NCBI GenBank assembly: GCA_947177225.1
Contig: CAMWTS010000007.1
Location: 2,778 to 66,777 of the forward strand
DNA from: an uncultured Alistipes sp.
Lineage (GTDB): Bacteria; Bacteroidota; Bacteroidia; Bacteroidales; Rikenellaceae
DNA length: 64,000 bases
Direction: 5' to 3'
Under the pieces are notes generated by a model, which had not been told where the DNA came from, searched no databases, and saw only the letters and a list, made by a program, of their open reading frames with translations. This document shows positions 35,148-44,837 of the stretch, in pieces (position 1 is the first letter of the stretch; every line of letters starts with the position of its first letter). The translations under genes were made by a program, and so were the position numbers.

Positions 35148-38100
35148 ATGAAGTACTTGTTTCTTCAAGTGCTGTTGCTGCTCGCAGTGGTGAGCGGCAC
35201 ATATGCACAGGTTACGACCTCATCTGTGGGCGGTCGTATTACGGACCATGAGTCCAACCCTTTGATCGGCGTCAGCGTTACGGCCGTTCATCAACCATCG
35301 GGCACGCGCTACGGCGTGGCTACCGATCTATCCGGACAATATACCATTACTGGCATGCGTGTGGGCGGACCATACCTCGTTACGATCAGCTATGTGGGCT
35401 ACACTACGGTCGAGGTAGGCGACATCGAGCTGCTGCTGGGCGAGAGCCGCCGTATCGATGCGGCTATGGAGCCGTCGCTGATGATCGATGCTGTTTTCGT
35501 CACGGCCGACGATACGCAGGGCTTGCAGCATGGCAGCGGCAGCAGCTTCCGTGCCGATAAAATAGCCTCCATGCCAACCATATCACGCTCGATATACGAC
35601 ATTACGCGGCTCTCGCCTCTTACGGGTTCGCCCAAGGCCGGAGGCGTGACTATCGCCGGTGCCAGCACTCGCTACAATTCGTTCAAGATCGACGGCGTTG
35701 TCAGCGACGATGTTTACGGTCTCGGCACAACGGGCATGACCGGTTCGCTGACGCAGGCCAATCCCATACCGCTCGATGCCATCGAGCAGATCCGCGTTTC
35801 TGTGGCGCCGTTCGATGTGCGTGAGGGCGGATTCACCGGCGGTGGAATCAATGCCGTTACTAAGGCCGGCGACAATACGCTGCGCGGTTCGGCCTATGCC
35901 TATTACAACGATCAGAACTTCTACGGCACCACGCCCGGCAGCGATGTCGCGGTGCGCGAGAAGCTGTCGAGCCAGACCACGCAGATCTATGGCGTGTCGT
36001 TGTCGGGACCTGTCGTGCGCGACAAACTGTTCTTCTTCGTCAATGGCGAGTATAATCGCAACGTAATACCGTCGGCCTATCACCCCGGCGAGGCGGGTTC
36101 GGCCGTCACGGCCGAACAGGCTCGTGTCATAGGCGATAAATATGCCGAGCTTACCGGCTGGAACAGCGGCGGCTACGGCCGTCATGATGCACCTGCCATG
36201 TCGGGAGCTTTCATTGCGCGTCTCGATTGGAATATCGATTCGACGCATCACATGTCGCTGCGCTACAACATGCTGCATGCCGATAAGAACGACACCTCCA
36301 ACTCGTCGCAATACTTCTATTTCACCGGAGCCGAGTACACCAATATCAACCGCATGCACTCGCTGGTAGCCGAGCTTAATTCGACATTTTCGTCGTGGAG
36401 CAATATCCTCCGCGCAGGCTATACCTATCTGCGCGACGGTCGCGAGACGGAGCGTCTGCTGCCGGCGGTAATCATCACCGGTACCGGAGCGTCTTCTAAC
36501 GGTACGACTGTGCTGGGAACAAACCAGTATGCCGGTCAGAACATGCTAAAACAGAACATATTCATCATATCCGACAATGCCAGCATCTATCTTGGCGACC
36601 ACACGCTGACCGTCGGCACCCACAACGAATTCTATACGGCCGACAACCTCTATCTGAGCAATGCTGCCGGCACATATACATACTCTTCGATCGACGATTT
36701 CCTTGCCGAGGGCGACGGTCTCGGAGCGCACGCTTCGCAATATGCCTACAACTACTTCATCGATCGCAGCGGCTCGGCGGCCAAATTGTCGAGTGCGCAG
36801 CTGAGTCTGTATGTGCAGGACAACTGGCGCCGCGGCGATCTGTCGCTTACCTACGGTCTGCGACTCGACATGCCGCTTCTGTTCTCGTCGCCGCGCACCA
36901 ACGATGCCTTCAACAGCAGCAGCTTTGCCGAGAAATACGGCGTGCGTACGGGCGACGTGCCGCGTGCGCAGGTGTTGTTGTCGCCGCGTGTGGGTTTCAC
37001 GTGGCATCACGGCGATCTTATGCTGCGTGGCGGTGCCGGCGTATTTACCGGCAGCGTACCGTTCGTATGGCTCAACAACTGCTACCAGAATACCGGTCTT
37101 ACGCAGTTCGGTTTGACGGTCAATGATCCCTCTCAAACACCCGCATTCAGTCTTACCCCCTCGCAGCAGGGTGTGGTGGGCAACCCATCGATCGATGTCG
37201 TCGACAAGGATTTCCGCTTCCCGCAGGTGTTCCGTGCCAACCTGGCTGCCGAATACGATCTCAGCGGCTGGAAGTTCTTGGTCGAGGGACTCTACACCAA
37301 GGGCATCAACAATGTCGTTTACCGCAATCTGGTGGCCGAGCAGCAGGGGCTGTGCCTGTTTATGGCCGATACCGATTCGCCGTCGGCTCCCTACTATACG
37401 TCGGATACGGGCGACTACTCGGCGGTATATCGTCTGTCGAATACCCGTCGCGGTCATTCGTGGTCGGTTTCCGGACGCGTTGAGCGCAACTTCCCATTCG
37501 GTTTGAGTTTGATGGCCGCTTACGCATATTCGCAATCGAAGAGCGTCAACGACGGCATTTCGGCTCAGGGATCGAGCAACTGGGGACGCACCTATGCCGT
37601 CGACTCAAACTCTCCCGATCTGTCGTACTCGGTCTACGATTTCCCCCACAAGGTGGTGGCCATGGTCTCATATACGCGCCGTTACGGATTGTTCGGCACA
37701 ACAGTTACACTGGTCTACGACGGCCATTCGGGCGAACGCTACTCGATGACCTATGCCCGCGGCCGCGTCGATGAAAACGGAGATACCTATCGCGGCAATA
37801 CACTTATGTATATACCCACGCGCGAGGAGATGACGCGTACGCTCTGGGCAGATGCCACATCGCAGCAGGCGTTCGAGGAGTATATCGAGGCCGACGACTA
37901 CCTGCGGTCGCACCGCGGCAGCTTTGCCGGGCGCAACTCGCATCTTCTGCCGTTCGAGCATCGGCTCGATCTGCATGTGGCGCAGGCGTTCTATTTCAAC
38001 CGTCGCGATTCGCGTCGTGTGGAGCTGAGTCTCGATATCATCAATTTGGGCAATCTGATCGACCGCAGCTGGGGTGCCTCCTACCTGACGAGCAACTGGT

Positions 38101-38243
38101 CGCTGTCGCCGGTCACCGTGACTGAGTTGCAGGCCGTCGATGGCGGCTATCGTCCGGTCTACAAGTTTACGGGTGCGTCTCCCACGCGCGACGACATACT
38201 CTCGCGCTGGCATATGCAGCTTGGAGTGAGAGTGGTGTTCTGA
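35148..38243 (+). CDS. TonB-dependent receptor, Oar-like, with an N-terminal carboxypeptidase-regulatory-like domain
   Basis: Signal peptide, GRYTI..MRVGGPY, IPLDAIEQI, GGFTGGGINAVTKAG plug region, C-terminal QLGVRVVF. Confidence 0.88.
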   Translation: MKYLFLQVLLLLAVVSGTYAQVTTSSVGGRITDHESNPLIGVSVTAVHQPSGTRYGVATDLSGQYTITGMRVGGPYLVTISYVGYTTVEVGDIELLLGESRRIDAAMEPSLMIDAVFVTADDTQGLQHGSGSSFRADKIASMPTISRSIYDITRLSPLTGSPKAGGVTIAGASTRYNSFKIDGVVSDDVYGLGTTGMTGSLTQANPIPLDAIEQIRVSVAPFDVREGGFTGGGINAVTKAGDNTLRGSAYAYYNDQNFYGTTPGSDVAVREKLSSQTTQIYGVSLSGPVVRDKLFFFVNGEYNRNVIPSAYHPGEAGSAVTAEQARVIGDKYAELTGWNSGGYGRHDAPAMSGAFIARLDWNIDSTHHMSLRYNMLHADKNDTSNSSQYFYFTGAEYTNINRMHSLVAELNSTFSSWSNILRAGYTYLRDGRETERLLPAVIITGTGASSNGTTVLGTNQYAGQNMLKQNIFIISDNASIYLGDHTLTVGTHNEFYTADNLYLSNAAGTYTYSSIDDFLAEGDGLGAHASQYAYNYFIDRSGSAAKLSSAQLSLYVQDNWRRGDLSLTYGLRLDMPLLFSSPRTNDAFNSSSFAEKYGVRTGDVPRAQVLLSPRVGFTWHHGDLMLRGGAGVFTGSVPFVWLNNCYQNTGLTQFGLTVNDPSQTPAFSLTPSQQGVVGNPSIDVVDKDFRFPQVFRANLAAEYDLSGWKFLVEGLYTKGINNVVYRNLVAEQQGLCLFMADTDSPSAPYYTSDTGDYSAVYRLSNTRRGHSWSVSGRVERNFPFGLSLMAAYAYSQSKSVNDGISAQGSSNWGRTYAVDSNSPDLSYSVYDFPHKVVAMVSYTRRYGLFGTTVTLVYDGHSGERYSMTYARGRVDENGDTYRGNTLMYIPTREEMTRTLWADATSQQAFEEYIEADDYLRSHRGSFAGRNSHLLPFEHRLDLHVAQAFYFNRRDSRRVELSLDIINLGNLIDRSWGASYLTSNWSLSPVTVTELQAVDGGYRPVYKFTGASPTRDDILSRWHMQLGVRVVF

Positions 38244-38473
38244 CGCCGCATCTCGCCGTGGCGGTGACGTAATATCGGCGTAAGCCGACAGGCTGCCTGT
38301 CTGTTTTTGCGGGGCGATTCGATGATTTGTCATCGGGTCGCCCCGATTTTGTCGATTGAAAAAGTTCGATTTCTCGCACTTTTTCCCGCCTCGGCATAGT
38401 TCGAACAAGTTCGGCACTGCCCTCGGCTTAATGAAAAAGTTGTTTTATTTGTTGTATTGTCTGTAAATTTTTA

Positions 38474-38481
38474 TACCTTTG
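38474..38481 (+). promoter_or_regulatory. -7 promoter box in front of the cobalamin riboswitch
   Basis: TACCTTTG immediately 5' of the riboswitch P1 helix. Confidence 0.7.
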
Positions 38482-38485
38482 TCTT

Positions 38486-38666
38486 CGCTTAGGTTCTCCG
38501 CAGGCTGCGCAAGCCTGCATGAGATTAAAAGGGAAACGGGTGTGAATCCCGTACAGTTCCCGCTGCTGTAATTTCCGAAATGGATTTGCGACACTCTAAG
38601 CCACTGACTCTTGCTTTGAGTTGGGAAGGCGTCGCAACCGGAATAAGTCAGAAGACCTGCCGAGCG
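38486..38666 (+). ncRNA. Cobalamin (B12) riboswitch
   Basis: aaaagggaaacgggtgtgaatcccgtacagttcccgctgctgtaa core, gccactg...tgggaaggc, and a 3' B12 box aagtcagaagacctgcc; P1 cgcttaggt/acctgccgagcg. Confidence 0.92.
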
Positions 38667-38858
38667 ATTGTAACGAGATTCGTGCCTGCGGTGAACGGGA
38701 CGGTCGGAGACTTTTTAGTTTCACGGATATACTTTATGTCGGAAGATGTCGGGGCGCATGGAGTGCGTCGTCGATAGCCGAAGCGGGGTAGTCGGAGGTA
38801 GGTTTCTCGTCGCGAACAGTAACTTTTTTAACAAACATTAGTATAAAAAATTTACGCG

Positions 38859-41216
38859 ATGAAAAAACTTCTGACTATTGTTGTCTGCACGTTTGCGCTT
38901 GCTGCGTGTCAGTACGATGACAGCGAATTGCGGCAGTCGATAGGCGATCTGACGGATCGTGTCGAGGCCATCGAAGGCTCGGTGGGCAGTCTCAATTCGC
39001 AGATTTCCACTATCCGCGAGTGTCTCGATGCACTCTCGGCCGGAAAGGTGATAATGAAGGTAACCCCGACCGATGCCGGCTACGATCTCACCATGAGCGA
39101 CGGTTCGGTCATCTCGATTCTGAACGGCCGCGACGGCGACAAGGGCGAGCCGGGAGACAAGGGCGATGCGGGTGACAAGGGTGATACCGGTGCCGCCGGC
39201 GAGCCCGGCCATACACCCGTTATCGGTGTTAAGCAGGATAGCGACGGTCTCTACTACTGGACTGTCGACGGTGAGTGGCTTGTCGACGGCGAAGGCAATC
39301 AGGTGCTTGCCGAGGGTCGCAACGGATCGGACGGCCAGACCGGACATACGCCTGTCATAGGTGCTGCCAAGGACGACGACGGAGCATATTACTGGACTGT
39401 CGACGGCGAGTGGCTCGTCGACGGCGAGGGCAACAAGATCAAGGCTTCGGCGGAGGATGCGGCAGAGTCGTTGTTTGCGAGCGTGGTCGAGCGCGACGAT
39501 GCGGTTGTCATCACGCTGACCAGCGGAACTGTGCTGACACTGCCCAAACTGACCGATGCCGCCATAGAGTGGGTCGATGATGCCGACTACAACTCATACT
39601 ACGGCGACAGTCAGCCGATAAAGATCAATACCGAAAATATCATCTCGGCTACGGTTACGGCTCCTTACGGTTGGACGGCATCGGTCAATCTCACCAAGGG
39701 CGAGGTCAACGTTACGGCTCCCTGGGTGGATCTCGATGTCGAGTATGATGGTTACATCTCGGTTATCGCCGTTACGAAGAGCAACGTTCCCGTGACCATT
39801 TCCAAGCGTGTGACCACGAGCTACGATATCACCGATGCCGCCAAGGCGCACGATCTTCTGCTCAATGTCATACCCGAATATGCCTCGGCGGCCAATCCGT
39901 TCAATGCCGTGTTCAATATCACCGAGCCGCAGAACTCGTATTGCAATGTGGCCATGACCTCTCTGACGGCCGATGCCGTACCTACGGTGACGTTCAACTT
40001 CATGCAGGGCGGTACGGGTCAGGTCAACATAGGCTCGTCGTCGATGACTTATTCTGGCGAGATCTATATTAATATAGGTGAGGGGTACGAGCTGACCATG
40101 AGCGGCAATATCAACTGCCCCAAGGGTTCGGTTATTCTCTCAGGCCGTTACAACGCCTCGTTCGGTCCCTATTGCGGTTTGTGCTTCATCACCGAGGGTT
40201 CTTACGTAAAGCAGTTCAATTTCCGATACAATACCGTCAAGCTCATCAACTGCGGTACGATCGATACGCTCAATGTAACCGTTACGGCCGAGGCTGTCAA
40301 CTACGGTACGATAGTCAACATCATCGACAACAACGACCGTCTGACGATTGTTCCGGTGCGCAACATGTCGAAATCATCGTCGAAGTTCATATCGAAGGTC
40401 ATCGAGTTCAACCCTGCACCGGGTCAGTACGGTTCGGGCAACTACTCTTCGCAGAGTGCGGCTCAGGGCATCGTGGGCAAGAGCGGTATGGTGTCGCTGG
40501 GTATGTTCGGCGGTTATATCGTCTTCCAGTTCGACCACTCGATCATAAATCTGCCCGGAACGGACTTCGTCATAGGCGGTAACCCTATGGCTACGTCTGC
40601 CGAGCCGGGAGCCGTCATGGTATCGTTCGATGCCAACGGCAACGGCATTGCCGACGACGAGTGGTATGAGTTGAAGGGCAGTCTCTACGATGCTCCGGAG
40701 ACAGTGCACGACTACTCGGTGACCTATCGCAAAGATACCGATAACAACTGCATACGCTGGACGGACAATCAGGGCGAGGAGGGTACCATCTCATGGAACG
40801 GTGCCAACAAGTCGCTTGCGTGGTGGCCTAAGGATAATCTCTCGGACGAATATACGCTTACGGGCAACAAGCTGGGAATCGTCACCATGTGGAACGCTTC
40901 GGATCTGTTGCAGGGACTGACCTACGGTTATGCCGACGTGCTCACCGACGACTACAATACGGTCATCGGCGGTGACAACGACACCAAGGGCAACAAGTTC
41001 GACATCTCGTGGGCTGTCGACAAGGACGGCAATCCGGTGAAGCTGCTGGCTGTCGATTTCATCAAGGTCTACAACCCGGTATTCGCCATCGACCACAACT
41101 ATCCGTCTTTCAACGAGGTGTCTACCGAGGTGTGCAAAGGCGTGTCGTTGACACCCGCCAATCTGCCTGCCCTTATGAGCGGCATCGGCGACTGGCAGAA
41201 CGGATCATCATTCTAA
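38859..41216 (+). CDS. Surface lipoprotein: coiled coil, collagen-like repeat, PL29-N/DUF4988-like repeats and a C-terminal 'cell surface protein' (BtuH-like) domain
   Basis: Lipobox FALAAC; 10 GXY triplets; two YYWTVDGEWLVDGEGN repeats; C-domain KVIEFNPAPGQY...SLGMFGGYIVFQFDH...AEPG...DDEWYELKGS. Confidence 0.8.
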   Translation: MKKLLTIVVCTFALAACQYDDSELRQSIGDLTDRVEAIEGSVGSLNSQISTIRECLDALSAGKVIMKVTPTDAGYDLTMSDGSVISILNGRDGDKGEPGDKGDAGDKGDTGAAGEPGHTPVIGVKQDSDGLYYWTVDGEWLVDGEGNQVLAEGRNGSDGQTGHTPVIGAAKDDDGAYYWTVDGEWLVDGEGNKIKASAEDAAESLFASVVERDDAVVITLTSGTVLTLPKLTDAAIEWVDDADYNSYYGDSQPIKINTENIISATVTAPYGWTASVNLTKGEVNVTAPWVDLDVEYDGYISVIAVTKSNVPVTISKRVTTSYDITDAAKAHDLLLNVIPEYASAANPFNAVFNITEPQNSYCNVAMTSLTADAVPTVTFNFMQGGTGQVNIGSSSMTYSGEIYINIGEGYELTMSGNINCPKGSVILSGRYNASFGPYCGLCFITEGSYVKQFNFRYNTVKLINCGTIDTLNVTVTAEAVNYGTIVNIIDNNDRLTIVPVRNMSKSSSKFISKVIEFNPAPGQYGSGNYSSQSAAQGIVGKSGMVSLGMFGGYIVFQFDHSIINLPGTDFVIGGNPMATSAEPGAVMVSFDANGNGIADDEWYELKGSLYDAPETVHDYSVTYRKDTDNNCIRWTDNQGEEGTISWNGANKSLAWWPKDNLSDEYTLTGNKLGIVTMWNASDLLQGLTYGYADVLTDDYNTVIGGDNDTKGNKFDISWAVDKDGNPVKLLAVDFIKVYNPVFAIDHNYPSFNEVSTEVCKGVSLTPANLPALMSGIGDWQNGSSF

Positions 41217-41237
41217 CGGTAAAAAATGTACAAAGCA

Positions 41238-43073
41238 ATGAAAAGATACATCATATACGCCCTGCTCGGCTGTGCGCTCGTGCTCGGCAGCTGTGCAAAA
41301 GATTTCGATACCGATTCTCCTGCTCCCGTCGTTCCCGACAACCAGGAGGGCATAATACCTATGTCGCTCACCATGTCGGGCGAGCAGGCGGCAACGCGTA
41401 CCGATATGGTCGGCAACCGCGTACTGTGGAACGAGAACGATCGTCTGGGTATATTTTCGCCCGAAGCCTACTACGAGTGGAAGATGTCGTTCTTGCCCGA
41501 CAACCTCTATTACAACAATCCGGTCAACAACGTCTGCATGGAGATCGGGTCGGGAGCCGGATCGGCAGCCGCTACGTTCAAGATATCGTCAGTTTATGAG
41601 GGCGATACACCCGAATACACCGGTCGCTGGGGCTGGAACACCAAGAGCGAGCAGCTCAATTTCTACATGTATTATCCCTATCAGGAGGCGGCCAAGGCTG
41701 CTACCAAGCCCACGGCTCTGCCCTTTACGCTGCCTTCGGCTCAGAAGCAGAGCGGATCGGACAATACAGGCCGTTTCTCGGAGTACGATCTGGTATATGC
41801 CTCTACCGTGCTCGATCTGCCGGCCGAGGCTGCCGACAAGTCGGTCATAGAGGATAATCTGATATTCGATTTCGACCACGCTTTCGCCGTGTTGAAGATT
41901 ACGGTCGGCAACTACACGGCCGGTGCCGCCACGGTCACCGGAGTACGCCTCGCATCGGGTGATGGTCAGCCTTTGGCCGGCAACTTCACTCTCGACCTTA
42001 CCACGGGCAGCCTGACATCGGGACAGACGATCGATGCTTCGGGTGCTGTTGTCGAGGGTGTGTCGTCAAGTTCTGTGACTACGACCTTCGACGAGGGTGT
42101 AGAGGTTGCGCGTTACCAGTCGGCCGTATTGTATCTGTTCGTCAATCCGGTCGATCTCACCGCCACCGATACCAATGTGCTGACCGTCTATACTACCGAC
42201 GGTTACCAGCAGTTCGCGTTCAAGGCTTCGCGTGCCTTCGAGCCGGGCAAGATCTACACGCGCTCGCTTACGGTGCGCGAGTTGGAGACTTATCCGACGG
42301 CTACGCTCGATTTCGAGAGTGTCGATGCCAAGTATCTTGCCGGTCAGACATCGTATGGCGCCAACCTCTATAATGCCGAGAAGGACAAAACATCTTACGA
42401 GGGCGACCAGTTCATATCATACACCGATCCTGCAACGGGTCTTGTGATAGGCATCAACGACTACAACGATACTTATGTCACCATGTCGACCTACAAGAGC
42501 TTCTTCGGCGGCGGCCTGGCCATATCGCAGTGGAACGACATGACGCAGAACAGCTATCTCAACCAGTGCAGCGTATATTGCAAAGACGCTTCGACGGGCA
42601 AGGGCGGCGCCGACGGTTCGTCGACATTCGCCGTGGCCTACGGCTACGACGACGGCAGCGCATACAGCACCGACAACCGTTCGTCGTTCTACTTCGCCGA
42701 GGCGGGACGCGAGGCTGTCATATCGTCGCTCTGCGTATGCAATACCACCTATGTCCATCTCTGCCTGAAAGACGGCAACAGCTTCTCGACACCTATGTCT
42801 TACGACAAGAACGACTACTTCCGCGTGACGTTTACGGGTATCGACGCCGCAGGCGCCCAGACTGGCAGTGTGGCATACTATTTGGCCGATTTTCGCACGG
42901 AGTCTGCTCCCGGCATAGCCGAGGGCTGGAACAAGGTCGACCTCTCGCCGCTGGGCAGCGTGCACAAGGTCGTTATCAATTTCGAGGGCAGCGACAGCGG
43001 TGAGTATGGGCTTAATACGCCGGCTTACTGCGCAATAGATAATATCGAAGTGCGATTTACTTCGGTAGAGTAA
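41238..43073 (+). CDS. Fimbrillin (type V pilin)-like lipoprotein fused to a C-terminal DUF4465 (BtuJ-like) domain
   Basis: Lipobox LVLGSC; AATR-TDM...W.ENDRLGIF and FDHAFAVLKITV fimbrillin motifs; C-domain ATLDFE...NTTY...YYLADFR...GWNKVDLSPLG...GLNTPAYCAIDNI. Confidence 0.82.
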   Translation: MKRYIIYALLGCALVLGSCAKDFDTDSPAPVVPDNQEGIIPMSLTMSGEQAATRTDMVGNRVLWNENDRLGIFSPEAYYEWKMSFLPDNLYYNNPVNNVCMEIGSGAGSAAATFKISSVYEGDTPEYTGRWGWNTKSEQLNFYMYYPYQEAAKAATKPTALPFTLPSAQKQSGSDNTGRFSEYDLVYASTVLDLPAEAADKSVIEDNLIFDFDHAFAVLKITVGNYTAGAATVTGVRLASGDGQPLAGNFTLDLTTGSLTSGQTIDASGAVVEGVSSSSVTTTFDEGVEVARYQSAVLYLFVNPVDLTATDTNVLTVYTTDGYQQFAFKASRAFEPGKIYTRSLTVRELETYPTATLDFESVDAKYLAGQTSYGANLYNAEKDKTSYEGDQFISYTDPATGLVIGINDYNDTYVTMSTYKSFFGGGLAISQWNDMTQNSYLNQCSVYCKDASTGKGGADGSSTFAVAYGYDDGSAYSTDNRSSFYFAEAGREAVISSLCVCNTTYVHLCLKDGNSFSTPMSYDKNDYFRVTFTGIDAAGAQTGSVAYYLADFRTESAPGIAEGWNKVDLSPLGSVHKVVINFEGSDSGEYGLNTPAYCAIDNIEVRFTSVE

Positions 43074-43105
43074 TGTTTTATAGAGTTTTTTAAGTTGAAG
43101 TGAGA

Positions 43106-43144
43106 GGGCGGGAGACTGCATGGACGGTCTCCCGCCCGATTTTT
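43106..43144 (+). terminator. Terminator of the riboswitch operon
   Basis: 11-bp inverted repeat gggcgggagac/gtctcccgccc followed by T5. Confidence 0.75.
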
Positions 43145-43292
43145 ACGAGGCCTCGCCGGCTGTCGAGATGTGCCGGTCGTGGGCTGTCTTCTCCGATTTA
43201 TGAAAGATTGTTGATAAAAAGTCGGAGAACTGCGGTAGCGGGTCTCTTTATTTGTCTACTTTTGTGGGCAACATAATATAAAACCCGTTGCT

Positions 43293-44768
43293 ATGTCTTT
43301 TATCGATGAAAGGGTACAGTCGACAGGTCTCACATTCGACGATGTGTTGCTCGTACCGGCCTATTCAGAGGTTCTGCCCAGAGAAGTAAACGTTGCAGGC
43401 CGTTTCTCTCGCAATATCCGACTCAATATCCCGATAGTATCGGCGGCCATGGATACCGTGACCGAGGCTCCGCTGGCCATAGCCCTTGCGCGCGAGGGCG
43501 GCATAGGAGTCATTCACAAGAACATGTCCATTGCCCAGCAGGCGGCACATGTGCGCCGCGTCAAGCGAGCCGAGAGCGGCATGATCTACGATCCGATCAC
43601 CATAACCAAAGACCATACGGTGGGCGACGCGCTCGACCTGATGCGGGAGAACAAGATCGGCGGCATACCGGTTGTGGCCGACGACAACCGCCTGATCGGC
43701 ATCGTCACCAACCGCGACCTCAGGTTCCAGCGCGACATGGATCGCCCGATCGAGGAGGTAATGACATCGCACAACATTGTGACCACTCACAACACCGAAT
43801 TGAAAAACGCAGCCGACGTGCTGTTGCAGAATAAGATCGAAAAGCTGCCCGTCATAGACGACAAGGGACATCTGATCGGTCTTATTACGTATAAGGACAT
43901 TACCAAGTTGCAGGACAATCCCAATGCCTGCAAGGACTCCAAGGGACGTCTTCGTGTGGCGGCAGGCATCGGCATAACGCCCGATGCGATGGATCGTGTG
44001 GCGGCATTGGTGGCCGAGGAGGTCGACGCTGTTGTGCTCGACTCGGCTCACGGCCACTCGAAGGGCGTCGTAACGCTGCTGCGCAGCATCAAGGAGGCTT
44101 ATCCTTCTCTCGATGTCGTCGTTGGCAACATAGCCACGGCCGAGGCCGCCCGTTATCTTATCGACAATGGTGCCGACGGTATCAAGGTGGGTATAGGTCC
44201 GGGTTCGATCTGCACCACGCGTATCATCGCCGGTGTGGGCGTTCCGCAGCTGTCGGCTATCTACGATGCGGCATCGGTGGCCAGGAGCAGCGGCATACCC
44301 GTGATTGCCGACGGCGGATTGCGCTATTCGGGCGATATAGTGAAGGCGCTGGCCGCAGGCGGCGACTCGGTGATGATAGGATCGATGTTTGCCGGCGTTG
44401 AGGAGTCGCCGGGTGAAACCATCATATACAACGGCCGTAAGTTCAAGGCGTATCGCGGCATGGGTTCGATCGACGCCATGAAGGCCGGTTCGGCCGACCG
44501 TTATTTCCAGAAGGGTGCCGAGGGCAATATCAACAAACTCGTGCCCGAAGGTATCGTCGGTCGCGTCCCGTTCAAAGGTTCGCTTGCTGAGACCGTATAT
44601 CAGCTCGTGGGCGGCATACGTGCCGGCATGGGTTACTGCGGTGCAGCCGATATCGGATCGTTGCAGCGTGCGCGTTTCATTCGCATTACTGGCAGCGGCG
44701 TGACGGAGAGCCACCCCCACGACATAACCATCACCAGCGAGACCCCCAACTACTCGCGCGGCGAATAG
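43293..44768 (+). CDS. guaB: IMP dehydrogenase (with CBS pair)
   Basis: [37 protein letters not shown]. Confidence 0.97.
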   Translation: MSFIDERVQSTGLTFDDVLLVPAYSEVLPREVNVAGRFSRNIRLNIPIVSAAMDTVTEAPLAIALAREGGIGVIHKNMSIAQQAAHVRRVKRAESGMIYDPITITKDHTVGDALDLMRENKIGGIPVVADDNRLIGIVTNRDLRFQRDMDRPIEEVMTSHNIVTTHNTELKNAADVLLQNKIEKLPVIDDKGHLIGLITYKDITKLQDNPNACKDSKGRLRVAAGIGITPDAMDRVAALVAEEVDAVVLDSAHGHSKGVVTLLRSIKEAYPSLDVVVGNIATAEAARYLIDNGADGIKVGIGPGSICTTRIIAGVGVPQLSAIYDAASVARSSGIPVIADGGLRYSGDIVKALAAGGDSVMIGSMFAGVEESPGETIIYNGRKFKAYRGMGSIDAMKAGSADRYFQKGAEGNINKLVPEGIVGRVPFKGSLAETVYQLVGGIRAGMGYCGAADIGSLQRARFIRITGSGVTESHPHDITITSETPNYSRGE

Positions 44769-44837
44769 AGTTTAAGCGGAGCATGGTCTGTGGGTCACGC
44801 TCCGCTTAAAGTATAATGCAGAAACAATATACTATAT

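Noticed and set aside
35148-38243. TonB receptor as the BtuB of the B12 operon
   Set aside because: It lies upstream of the riboswitch promoter and has Oar-type architecture, not BtuB-like. A functional link is not excluded but is unsupported.
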